Below, in pieces: positions 9,031 through 17,022 of a stretch of 34,970 nt of DNA. Each line of letters begins with the position of its first letter. Within the stretch, counting starts at the first letter, position 1. Origin of the DNA: Candidatus Taylorbacteria bacterium RIFCSPHIGHO2_02_FULL_46_13. GTDB lineage: Bacteria > Patescibacteriota > Minisyncoccia > Phycocordibacterales > DSPV01. Location of the stretch: assembly GCA_001821015.1 (NCBI GenBank), contig MHRQ01000012.1, positions 3,459 to 38,428 of the forward strand. The letters run 5' to 3'. The position numbers and the translations under genes are program-made. The notes under the pieces were generated by a model, which worked only from the letters and a program-made list of their open reading frames with translations, was not told where the DNA came from and searched no databases.

Positions 9031-10017
9031 ATGGAAAACGAAACACACGAAGAACTAAAAGAAATGGAGGGAAACAAACTGGCGGTTCCCATCAGTATCG
9101 TGATTGCCGGAATGATAATTGCTGCGGCGATGGTCTACAATAACGCGAATCGTATGCCGCAAACGCAAACGTTAAAAGATAGCGAAGCGCAAGAAAATGT
9201 CAGAGCGGCAGCAGCTTTGGAAGAGGCAGTGCTACCTTCGGACGGCAGTATCTTACCAGTGACGTGGGGCAATCTTGGCGCAAGACTTACGAGTGTTGGT
9301 GCGATTGACGCCGACAAATTCAAAGCGCTATACGATCAGAGAGGCGCATTCACCAATGAATACAAAAACCTACTCTTCGGGAACAATGACGGAAAACTGA
9401 AAATCACCAAAGAAAATGCCGGGTATCTCTTGAATCTATTTTGGGCGCTTGGCCTTGCAAGCAAAAATCCTATCTTGGAATCAGGAGAGATGACCAATCG
9501 GGCGTACGGCGGGCCGGAGAATTTTGCCTCAACCGGAGGTTGGACAGTCGCGGCCGGCAATCCGATGGATCACTACAGTCGGCACCTGTTTTTCTCGTTG
9601 ACAGAAGAACAACAAATAGTGGTGGACAAAGTATCACGAGGAATTTATCGGCCCTGTTGCGGCAACTCTACGCATTTCCCTGACTGCAATCATGGTATGG
9701 CAATGCTCGGCCTTCTTGAACTTATGGCTTCGCAGGGTGTTGGAGAGGAAGAAATGTATCAGACAGCATTAACCGTCAATTCGTATTGGTTTCCTGACAC
9801 CTATCTCACTATTGCACAATTCATGAAAGATAAAGGAGTTTTGTGGAAGGACGTACACCCGCAGGAAATGCTCGGCATAGACTATTCCAGTGCATCTGGC
9901 TACGCGTGGGTTTCCTCGCAAGTTCATGGGCAAGAGCAGCAGAGTGGAAGCGGGTGTGGGGTTGATACGGGGCAGTCTATTGCGGCACCTAAACAGCAAA
10001 GTGGATGTGGTGTATAA
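9031..10017 (+). CDS. Membrane-anchored Cys/His-rich hypothetical protein
   Basis: 328 aa, N-terminal TM, RPCC...HFPDCNHG motif, twin C-terminal GCGV. Confidence 0.75.
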   Translation: MENETHEELKEMEGNKLAVPISIVIAGMIIAAAMVYNNANRMPQTQTLKDSEAQENVRAAAALEEAVLPSDGSILPVTWGNLGARLTSVGAIDADKFKALYDQRGAFTNEYKNLLFGNNDGKLKITKENAGYLLNLFWALGLASKNPILESGEMTNRAYGGPENFASTGGWTVAAGNPMDHYSRHLFFSLTEEQQIVVDKVSRGIYRPCCGNSTHFPDCNHGMAMLGLLELMASQGVGEEEMYQTALTVNSYWFPDTYLTIAQFMKDKGVLWKDVHPQEMLGIDYSSASGYAWVSSQVHGQEQQSGSGCGVDTGQSIAAPKQQSGCGV

Positions 10018-10020
10018 TGT

Positions 10021-10164
10021 ATGTCTATGATGGGATATGGATATGACAGTTGGGGCATGATGGGAGGGGTTGGAACATTTGGGGTTATCACTTGGTTGGC
10101 GGTAGTGGTGGACCTCGTTCTCCTCGGCATTTGGCTCTGGAAACAAATCAATAAAGGGCATTAA
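10021..10164 (+). CDS. Small Met/Gly-rich single-TM protein (47 aa, not in the ORF track)
   Basis: Manual translation: MSMMGYGYDSWGMMGGVGTFGVITWLAVVVDLVLLGIWLWKQINKGH*. Starts 3 nt after the previous stop. Confidence 0.7.
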   Translation: MSMMGYGYDSWGMMGGVGTFGVITWLAVVVDLVLLGIWLWKQINKGH

Positions 10165-10240
10165 ACCCTTTGTTGCCATCGCTCGCTCGGGAGAGAAAAA
10201 GAAGATACTTTTTCTCTCCGCTTACTCGCTTGGCAATAAA
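10150..10240 (-). repeat. ~90-bp structured repeat, copy 3 (inverted)
   Basis: Reverse complement of copies 1 and 2; AATAAA at both ends; overlaps the last codons and stop of 10021..10164. Confidence 0.9.
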
Positions 10241-10343
10241 TAAGGAGGTTCCGCTTAATCCACCTAGTTCTTTATAACTGTGGATTGAGTTTCAACCTAC
10301 CTCTTGCTAAGATGTATAATATCTAGACGACGGCACTTTTGCT

Positions 10344-10853
10344 ATGAGCCCTGAATTAAGTCATTCCTTGGAAAAAAAATGGTTTAGTAGCCTTCCGGCT
10401 TCACGAATGGCGTATCCAGATACGCTGGCTAATCGCTTGAAGTATGCTTTTTGGCGTTTCTACACCCCCTGTCATCCTTATGTCCGAGATGCAGTGATTA
10501 GCTTAGGTATTGTCCGCCATGTAGGCAGACAGAACTTTATTCTTGGTACGGTAGCCCCGCATTTAACGCTCAAAGAATTCACTTCGTTTTTAATTTCACA
10601 AGGGTACGGAAACCATTTCGTTGCGTGGGAAGATGAAGGCGAGATTGTCAGTTTGCGCTACGTAAAGGATTTTACACATCAATACCATCTGCGTGTTTTT
10701 AAAGATAGGGAAGTACGTGCTCATTATGAATATACTCCGGAATGTTACCCAATTTTACATTTGAAGGAAAAACATTTTGAACCCAGAAGTGAAGAATTTC
10801 TTATGCTCCTCGGTGATACGATTGTCCCTCACCAGGGCATAAAAAACCAATAA
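10344..10853 (+). CDS. Hypothetical protein
   Basis: 169-aa ORF downstream of a TATAAT; conserved-looking QYHLRVF..EVRAHYEYTPE..P..H stretch. Confidence 0.7.
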   Translation: MSPELSHSLEKKWFSSLPASRMAYPDTLANRLKYAFWRFYTPCHPYVRDAVISLGIVRHVGRQNFILGTVAPHLTLKEFTSFLISQGYGNHFVAWEDEGEIVSLRYVKDFTHQYHLRVFKDREVRAHYEYTPECYPILHLKEKHFEPRSEEFLMLLGDTIVPHQGIKNQ

Positions 10854-10861
10854 GTTTTTCC

Positions 10862-11125
10862 GTGGCGCATGTTGTGTATATCCTCCAGTGTGCAGATAAG
10901 ACGCTGTACGTTGGGTGTACCAGTAATTTAGAACGTAGGATTTTTCAGCACAACCATGCAAAGGCTGGCGCGCACTACACAAAAATCCGCCGGCCTGTGG
11001 TACTTAAACACTCGGAGACTTTTCGCACGTTCAAAAAAGCACGTGCGCGGGAAGCCGAGATAAAACGATGGAGCAGAAAGAAGAAATTAAAACTAATTGA
11101 TCAGCATGCTTACCGTAAGAGCTAG
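10862..11125 (+). CDS. GIY-YIG nuclease family protein (UPF0213-like)
   Basis: VYILQC...LYVG...RR..QHN...YTK.RRP...AREAEIK motifs. Confidence 0.88.
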   Translation: MAHVVYILQCADKTLYVGCTSNLERRIFQHNHAKAGAHYTKIRRPVVLKHSETFRTFKKARAREAEIKRWSRKKKLKLIDQHAYRKS

Positions 11126-11214
11126 TGCAAGCTATACTGAATCAAAATCAACCCAGGCCCGTTATCCTGTACTAAAGACCGTCGGATAGTGTGTGCTACA
11201 ATCCTTGATATTCT

Positions 11215-11784
11215 ATGAAAGGAAGATTTGTTGTTGTCACGGGACCCTCGGCTTCAGGTAAGTCTAGTTTGGTTGATGCGTTGCTCGCATGCACCCCGAA
11301 TGCTTCTCGCCTGATAACTATTACGACGCGTTCTCCTCGACCGGGTGAGCGCGATGGTGATCATTACCATTTTGTTGCGAGGGAAGAGTTTACGGCACGA
11401 TTGTCAAAGGATGAATTCTTTGAGCACGCCGAAGTCTACGGCAATCTCTATGGCTCATCCAAGAATGTTCTTGCCCAACTACTTGAGCGTTTCGCCTATG
11501 TGTTCGCGGTTTTAGACGTGCAGGGCGCAAAGACTCTTAAAGATAAAATGCCGCATACCTTTATTATTTTTCTGCACCCGGGCTCTATAGAAAATATCAC
11601 CCACCGTCTTATGAAAGAGCGTGTCGGGGCCCCTGCCGAAGAAATTCAAAAACGTATTGTCACGGCGACCAAAGAGCTGGCGCTTGCCGATTCTTTTGAT
11701 GTGGTTGTGGAAAATAAAGAGGGGGATTTCGTCAATACGCTCACGAACGTTAAAGCACTCATTGGTGCTCAATTGACGTTATAG
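11215..11784 (+). CDS. gmk: Guanylate kinase
   Basis: GPSASGKS, TTRSPRPGERDG..YHF, VYGNLYG and DVQGA motifs. Confidence 0.93.
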   Translation: MKGRFVVVTGPSASGKSSLVDALLACTPNASRLITITTRSPRPGERDGDHYHFVAREEFTARLSKDEFFEHAEVYGNLYGSSKNVLAQLLERFAYVFAVLDVQGAKTLKDKMPHTFIIFLHPGSIENITHRLMKERVGAPAEEIQKRIVTATKELALADSFDVVVENKEGDFVNTLTNVKALIGAQLTL

Positions 11785-11801
11785 CTCCAATATAGTATGA
11801 T
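11773..11801 (+). promoter_or_regulatory. Sigma70 promoter upstream of typA
   Basis: TTGACG-17-TATGAT. Confidence 0.7.
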
Positions 11802-11838
11802 GTACTTACATTTGGCCCCGGAGGCCTGTTTTTATTTT

Positions 11839-11993
11839 ATGCAAATACGTAATATAGCTATCATCGCTCATGTTGACCACCCCAAAGCAATCTGCCCACG
11901 GCGTTTGCTACGGGGCGCGAAGTGGTACTACACCTTTTGCTTTTTAATACAATGGAAATACGTAATATAGCTATCATCGCTCATGTTGACCAC
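11839..11993 (+). repeat. Direct repeat of the first 14 codons of typA (11839-11880 and 11952-11993)
   Basis: 41/42 nt identical: ATG(C/G)AAATACGTAATATAGCTATCATCGCTCATGTTGACCAC. Confidence 0.95.
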
Positions 11994-13736
11994 GGTAAGA
12001 CAACGCTTACTGATGCACTGTTGCGTCAGACGGGCGTTGGTGAAGAGGGAATCTCTATGGATTCAAACGCACTTGAACTTGAGCGCGGTATTACCATTTA
12101 TTCCAAAAATGCCGCAATTTTTTATAAAGATACGAAAATAAATATTGTGGATACGCCAGGCCACGCTGATTTTGGCTCTGAAGTGGAGCGTGTGCTTCGT
12201 TCCATTGACTCGGTGCTTTTGGTGGTTGACGCACAGGAGGGGCCAATGCCGCAGACGCGTTTTGTATTGAAAAAATCTCTTGAGCTTGGTATTAAACCTA
12301 TCGTCATTATAAACAAAATAGATAAAACGGCAGCAGATCCGGCGCGCTCGGAGGAGCAGGTACTTGAATTGTTTATGGAACTTGGTGCCAGCGACGAGCA
12401 GGCGAATTTTCCCGTCGTGTATGCCATTGGCCGTTCCGGCATCGCAAAACGAAAACTGACCGATGAATCCAGCGACTTGACTCCGCTTCTTGATACCATC
12501 CTGGAACATGTGCCGCCCGCTTCTTCCGTTATCGATACGGCACTTCGCTTGCAACCCTTCAATCTTGGCTACGATAATTTTCTTGGCAGGCTCGCGGTGG
12601 CACGCGTATATGAGGGAGTTGTTAAGGCAAATCAGAACGTGTTTGTGAAAAAACCAAGCGGCGAGACGCGCGTGGGGCGAATTACTAAGCTCTTTACGTT
12701 CAGAGGCCTGCATAAAATTGATGCAGAAAGCGCGAACGCGGGAGATATTGTCATGATCGCAGGACTTCCAGACATTGATATCGGGGAGACGGTCACGACA
12801 GACGAACAGGGATCATCGCTTCCGGCTATTGCTATTGACGAGCCTACCATCGCTCTGAATTTTCTGGTTAACAATTCTCCGTTTGCGGGCCGAGAAGGGA
12901 AGTACGTCACTTCGCGGCAGTTGCGTGACCGTCTTACGCGTGAGCTTGAGGTAAATGTGGGATTGCGCGTTGATTTTTCTTCCACTGAAAGTTCGCGTGT
13001 TTTTGGCCGCGGCGAGCTTCACATTGCAATTTTACTTGAAAATATGAGACGGGAAGGGTATGAGCTTCAGGTATCACAACCGCAAGTCATTGTTCGCGAG
13101 GAAAATGGGGTTAAAACCGAACCGTTTGAAGAAGTTATAGTTGATACTCCCGTAGAATATCAAGGGGCTATCATTGAGCGGTTGGGCACACGAGGATTTG
13201 TGATGCATAACATGCATGTCCATGATGTGACTGTGCGCCTCACCTTTGAAGGTCCTACGCGTGGACTTTTAGGTTACCGCAACCAATTTGTTATTGATAC
13301 GAAAGGCGAGGGGATTCTTGCGTCGCGCGTTGTGGGTTTTAGACCGCATGCTGGAGAAATCAAGAAGCGCCCGACCGGTTCAATGGTTTCCATGACGACG
13401 GGAAAAGCGCTCGGATTTGCCTTATGGAATTTACAGGATCGCGGCGTTCTCTACATCGGGCCAAGTACCAAAGTATATGAGGGCCAAGTAATCGGTAATA
13501 CTTCAAAGGGTGAAGAGATGCTGGTAAACCCGACAAAGGGGAAACAGCTTAGCAACATGCGCGCATCGGGTTCGGATGAAGCGATAGATCTGGTGCCACC
13601 GTTTACGCTTACCATTGAACGTGGACTTGAAATCATGGCAGGCGACGAATATCTTGAAATTACTCCCGAGAGCGTGCGTCTGCGCAAACAAGGGCTCACG
13701 GAAATTGAGCGTGCCCGCGCTCGAAGGCAAGGGTAA
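11952..13736 (+). CDS. typA: Translational GTPase TypA/BipA
   Basis: IRNIAIIAHVDHGKTT, DTPGHADF, NKID, GRGELH and KGKQLSNMRASG motifs. Confidence 0.97.
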   Translation: MEIRNIAIIAHVDHGKTTLTDALLRQTGVGEEGISMDSNALELERGITIYSKNAAIFYKDTKINIVDTPGHADFGSEVERVLRSIDSVLLVVDAQEGPMPQTRFVLKKSLELGIKPIVIINKIDKTAADPARSEEQVLELFMELGASDEQANFPVVYAIGRSGIAKRKLTDESSDLTPLLDTILEHVPPASSVIDTALRLQPFNLGYDNFLGRLAVARVYEGVVKANQNVFVKKPSGETRVGRITKLFTFRGLHKIDAESANAGDIVMIAGLPDIDIGETVTTDEQGSSLPAIAIDEPTIALNFLVNNSPFAGREGKYVTSRQLRDRLTRELEVNVGLRVDFSSTESSRVFGRGELHIAILLENMRREGYELQVSQPQVIVREENGVKTEPFEEVIVDTPVEYQGAIIERLGTRGFVMHNMHVHDVTVRLTFEGPTRGLLGYRNQFVIDTKGEGILASRVVGFRPHAGEIKKRPTGSMVSMTTGKALGFALWNLQDRGVLYIGPSTKVYEGQVIGNTSKGEEMLVNPTKGKQLSNMRASGSDEAIDLVPPFTLTIERGLEIMAGDEYLEITPESVRLRKQGLTEIERARARRQG

Positions 13737-13806
13737 GTGTATTTCCAGCACCGCATATTTTTTCTTGCACGTTTTTTTCAATAGTGTAGACTGTAACAAG
13801 CAAAAT

Positions 13807-13910
13807 AAGTTATCAAGAGTGCAGGGAGGGAACTAGCCCAATGAACTGCCAGCAACCCTACGATAGTGTAGAAGGTGCTACCTCTAGCCCACCGTGGGGA
13901 GATACGAACT
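13807..13910 (+). ncRNA. SAM-I (S-box) riboswitch
   Basis: TTATCAAGAG...GAGGGAACTAGCCCAATGAA...AGCAACC...AAGGTGCTA...GAT, with P2 GCAG/CTGC and P4 CCCA/TGGG; lies upstream of a Met/Cys pathway gene. Confidence 0.9.
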
Positions 13911-13916
13911 CTATTT

Positions 13917-13952
13917 CAAAACTCTTTCCATGATGGAAAGAGTTTTGTTTTT
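13917..13952 (+). terminator. Riboswitch expression-platform terminator
   Basis: CAAAACTCTTTCCA-tga-TGGAAAGAGTTTTG-TTTTT. Confidence 0.85.
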
Positions 13953-13972
13953 ATAGGATTAATCAACATACC

Positions 13973-15151
13973 ATGAGTAATCACGATAAAGATTTTTCGT
14001 TTGAGACGCTTTCGGTGCATGCGGGCGAAAAGCCCGACCCCATTACGGGAGCGGTAGCGCCCGCGCTTATTCGCACAAAGACCTTTAAACAGCCACAATT
14101 CGGCAAGGAAGGAGTGTGGCAGTATTCACGGGGTAAGAATCCAACGCGCTCAATCCTGGAAGAGAAACTCGCCGCGCTTGAGGGAGGGGGAGACGCTACC
14201 GTCTTTAGCTCGGGGGTCGCGGCGGAAGCGATGTTTTTCCTGACACTTAATCCCGGCGACCATGTGCTTTTTTGTCACGAAGTGTACGGAGGGACGTTCA
14301 GACTGATGGAGCAGTTGTTCAAACGATGGGGCATCGCGTTTGATTTCATAGAATTCAAAAGTTTTGAACACGTTAGCAAATATATTCGGCCTACCACCAA
14401 GTACTTCTTTGTAGAGACTCCCACCAATCCCTCTCTGCACATTGTTGATTTAGCCTTAGTGAAGAAAATATCAGAGAAAACACGCATATCTTTTGTGGTG
14501 GATGGCACGTTTGCGCCGCCTTGTTCTACGCAGGCATTTACGTATGGGGCCGAGACCGTCATTCACAGTTTGAGTAAATATATCGCGGGGCATAATGATG
14601 TCATTGCGGGGGCGGTGATCACTAAAAACAAAGAACTCCATGAAAAACTGAAGTTTATGCAAAAAACCGTCGGGGCTATTTTGTCTCCCGATGAATGTTA
14701 TCGGGTCATACAAGAAGCAAAGACGCTTACTCTGCGCTGGAAACGCGTGAGCAAAAGTGCGCAGAAGATCGCGCTGTTTTTGTCGCGCCATGCAAAAATA
14801 AAAAGAGTACTCTATCCGGGCCTATCGTCTCATCCCGAGCATCGCGTGGCAAAGCGACAAATGAAGAACGGGTTTGGCGCGGTTATCTCATTTGAGACGA
14901 AAACGAGTAGTCTGGCGAAATTGAAATCATGTGTTGAAAAGGTCACCGAAAACGGGTTGATTGTGTATGGCGAGAGCTTGGCCAGTCCCGAAACAATTCT
15001 TGCGTATCCGCCGCTTATGAGTCACAAAAGTCTGTCTAAAAAAGACCGCCTTTCGCTTGGCATATCCGACAGTTTCTTTAGATTTTCCGTTGGGTTTGAA
15101 GACCCAGACGATCTCATTCGTGAATTAGAAAGGGGGTTGAGACGCTTGTAA
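13973..15151 (+). CDS. PLP-dependent cystathionine gamma-synthase/lyase family enzyme (MetB/MetC-like)
   Basis: YSRGKNPT, YGGT, ETPTNP, HSLSKYIAGHNDV and RFSVGFED motifs. Confidence 0.92.
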   Translation: MSNHDKDFSFETLSVHAGEKPDPITGAVAPALIRTKTFKQPQFGKEGVWQYSRGKNPTRSILEEKLAALEGGGDATVFSSGVAAEAMFFLTLNPGDHVLFCHEVYGGTFRLMEQLFKRWGIAFDFIEFKSFEHVSKYIRPTTKYFFVETPTNPSLHIVDLALVKKISEKTRISFVVDGTFAPPCSTQAFTYGAETVIHSLSKYIAGHNDVIAGAVITKNKELHEKLKFMQKTVGAILSPDECYRVIQEAKTLTLRWKRVSKSAQKIALFLSRHAKIKRVLYPGLSSHPEHRVAKRQMKNGFGAVISFETKTSSLAKLKSCVEKVTENGLIVYGESLASPETILAYPPLMSHKSLSKKDRLSLGISDSFFRFSVGFEDPDDLIRELERGLRRL

Positions 15152-15171
15152 ACGGCACAAAATGCACAAAA

Positions 15172-15200
15172 TTGACAAAGGTACGCTTTTCATATATACT
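15172..15200 (+). promoter_or_regulatory. Sigma70 promoter for the helicase gene
   Basis: TTGACA-17-TATACT. Confidence 0.8.
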
Positions 15201-15346
15201 GCCTCAGTAACTTAATCTCATTAGTTTTTTAGGGGCGAATGCTCTAAAACGTAGAAGCCAAAGGGTATAACGGGGCTTTATCTAAACTTTCGAGACTACC
15301 TAGTCGCTCTTTATTTTAAAGACTAGAGGTTATAGATAGCCAACAT

Positions 15347-16576
15347 ATGTATACAAGAAGCTTCAATAATAGGGGGCCTAAACGGTCCTTCCATAAATCT
15401 TCCTTATTTCACTCGAGGGGTTCTTCGTCATTTGGTAACCGAAATCGGCGTGGAGGGGGCGGCCCAGCAGGGGAACGTATTGACCCGTCCAAATTTGTTC
15501 ATAAGGCAGTCATTACCGAGGAGGTGGAACATTTTGTTCCCGAGCATGCATTTGCTGATTTTAAAATTGATGAACAATTAAAAGCGGCAGTATTCGCTAA
15601 GGGTTACCAAACACCGACCCCGATTCAAGATCGGGTTATTCCGCATATTCTTAAAAATCTTGATGTGGTGGGTGTTGCGAACACCGGCACGGGCAAAACC
15701 GGTGCGTTTCTTATTCCGCTGATTCACAAAGTATTACTCAATAGAAAAGAGCAAGTGTTGATTATTGTTCCGACTCGCGAGCTTGCTATTCAAATTGAAC
15801 AAGAACTCAAAGGTTTCTCCAAAGGCATGAAAATTTTTTCCGTCTGTTGCGTCGGGGGTGCCTCCATCGTCCCGCAGATACGAGCTTTACGTTCGCAGAA
15901 TAATTTCATTATCGGTACTCCCGGACGGCTCAAAGATCTTATCACTCGAAAGATGATACGGCTCTCTGAATTTAAGACACTGGTGCTAGACGAGGCGGAC
16001 CGGATGCTTGATATGGGTTTTGTCGGCGATATGCGTTATGTCGTGTCGCTGATGCCCCGCGATAGGCATACGCTTTTCTTTTCCGCGACTATTTCACACG
16101 AAATTGAGAAACTCATCAAAGAATTTTTACGCGAGCCGATCAGAATTTCAGTCAAAACAGGTGATACCGCAAAAAATGTTGACCAAGATGTTGTTAAGGT
16201 TAGTCATGGTGCCAACAAGATTGAGATTTTACACGACCTTTTAAATCAAAAAGAGTTCAGCAAGGTGCTTATCTTCGGGCGGACAAAACACGGCGTGGAG
16301 AAGCTCTCCAAAATGCTTGCCGCGAAAGGTTTCAAAGCCGAATCTATCCACGGGAATAAGAATCATTCTAAACGCCAGCGCGCGCTTGGCCTTTTCAAAG
16401 ATAGCCATATCCAAATTTTAGTGGCGACGGATGTCGCCGCGCGCGGACTTGATATTCCTAACGTTTCTCATGTCATCAACTATGATATTCCTGCTACCTA
16501 CAACGACTATGTGCACCGCATCGGCCGCACGGGCCGTGGTGATAAACGGGGTAAGGCGCTGACTTTCATTGAATAA
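15347..16576 (+). CDS. DEAD-box RNA helicase
   Basis: Q motif PTPIQ, GTGKT, PTRELA, TPGRL, DEAD, SAT, ARGLD and HRIGRTGR. Confidence 0.96.
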   Translation: MYTRSFNNRGPKRSFHKSSLFHSRGSSSFGNRNRRGGGGPAGERIDPSKFVHKAVITEEVEHFVPEHAFADFKIDEQLKAAVFAKGYQTPTPIQDRVIPHILKNLDVVGVANTGTGKTGAFLIPLIHKVLLNRKEQVLIIVPTRELAIQIEQELKGFSKGMKIFSVCCVGGASIVPQIRALRSQNNFIIGTPGRLKDLITRKMIRLSEFKTLVLDEADRMLDMGFVGDMRYVVSLMPRDRHTLFFSATISHEIEKLIKEFLREPIRISVKTGDTAKNVDQDVVKVSHGANKIEILHDLLNQKEFSKVLIFGRTKHGVEKLSKMLAAKGFKAESIHGNKNHSKRQRALGLFKDSHIQILVATDVAARGLDIPNVSHVINYDIPATYNDYVHRIGRTGRGDKRGKALTFIE

Positions 16577-16577
16577 T

Positions 16578-16760
16578 ATGAAACGAAACAACAACATGAA
16601 CCGTGTCTCGCGAAAGACTTTCCAGAAAGAGGGAAAGTGGATCGTGAATCCTCACCGTACGCAGGTGGTGATATGCGTCTGTGGCAGTAAATATATAAAA
16701 ACACGCGAGAATCAGATTAGTTGTATTAAGTGTTTGGTAAAATTGAGAGAGGCAAAATAA
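16578..16760 (+). CDS. Small basic putative zinc-ribbon protein
   Basis: 60 aa with CVC...CIKC; starts 1 nt after the helicase stop. Confidence 0.6.
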   Translation: MKRNNNMNRVSRKTFQKEGKWIVNPHRTQVVICVCGSKYIKTRENQISCIKCLVKLREAK

Positions 16761-16885
16761 AGGATATTAAACCCCAGGGCAGAGCCCTAGACTCGTAAGG
16801 TACTCGCCCGAAGAGGGTTCGCCCTTACCCGCGCCTCTGGCGCGGGGTATTAAACCCTTTGTTGCCGTCGCTCGTTGGCAATAAA
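16756..16885 (-). repeat. Degenerate copy 4 of the repeat family with a nested GC-rich hairpin insert
   Basis: AATAAAGGATATTAAACCC...GGGGTATTAAACCCTTTGTTGCCGTCGCTCGTTGGCAATAAA. Both ends match copies 2 and 3; the central hairpin is missing. Confidence 0.75.
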
Positions 16886-17022
16886 AACGCTCCGGATTTA
16901 CCAGCCCTAATTTTTTTTGTGGAACCTAAGCCTAAAGTGCCTGTGGGTAATTTTGTGTATATGCTCGGACTTGACATGTTATCATTAGACCATTATTTAC
17001 CTAGGTTAATATTTTTTATACT

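Noticed and set aside
10150..10240. Repeat as an integron attC site
   Set aside because: It overlaps a stop codon but lacks RYYYAAC/GTTRRRY ends, and the copies are in mixed orientation.
11922..11951. Upstream GTG start of typA
   Set aside because: The conserved N-terminus begins MEIRN at 11952; the extension lies within the insert.
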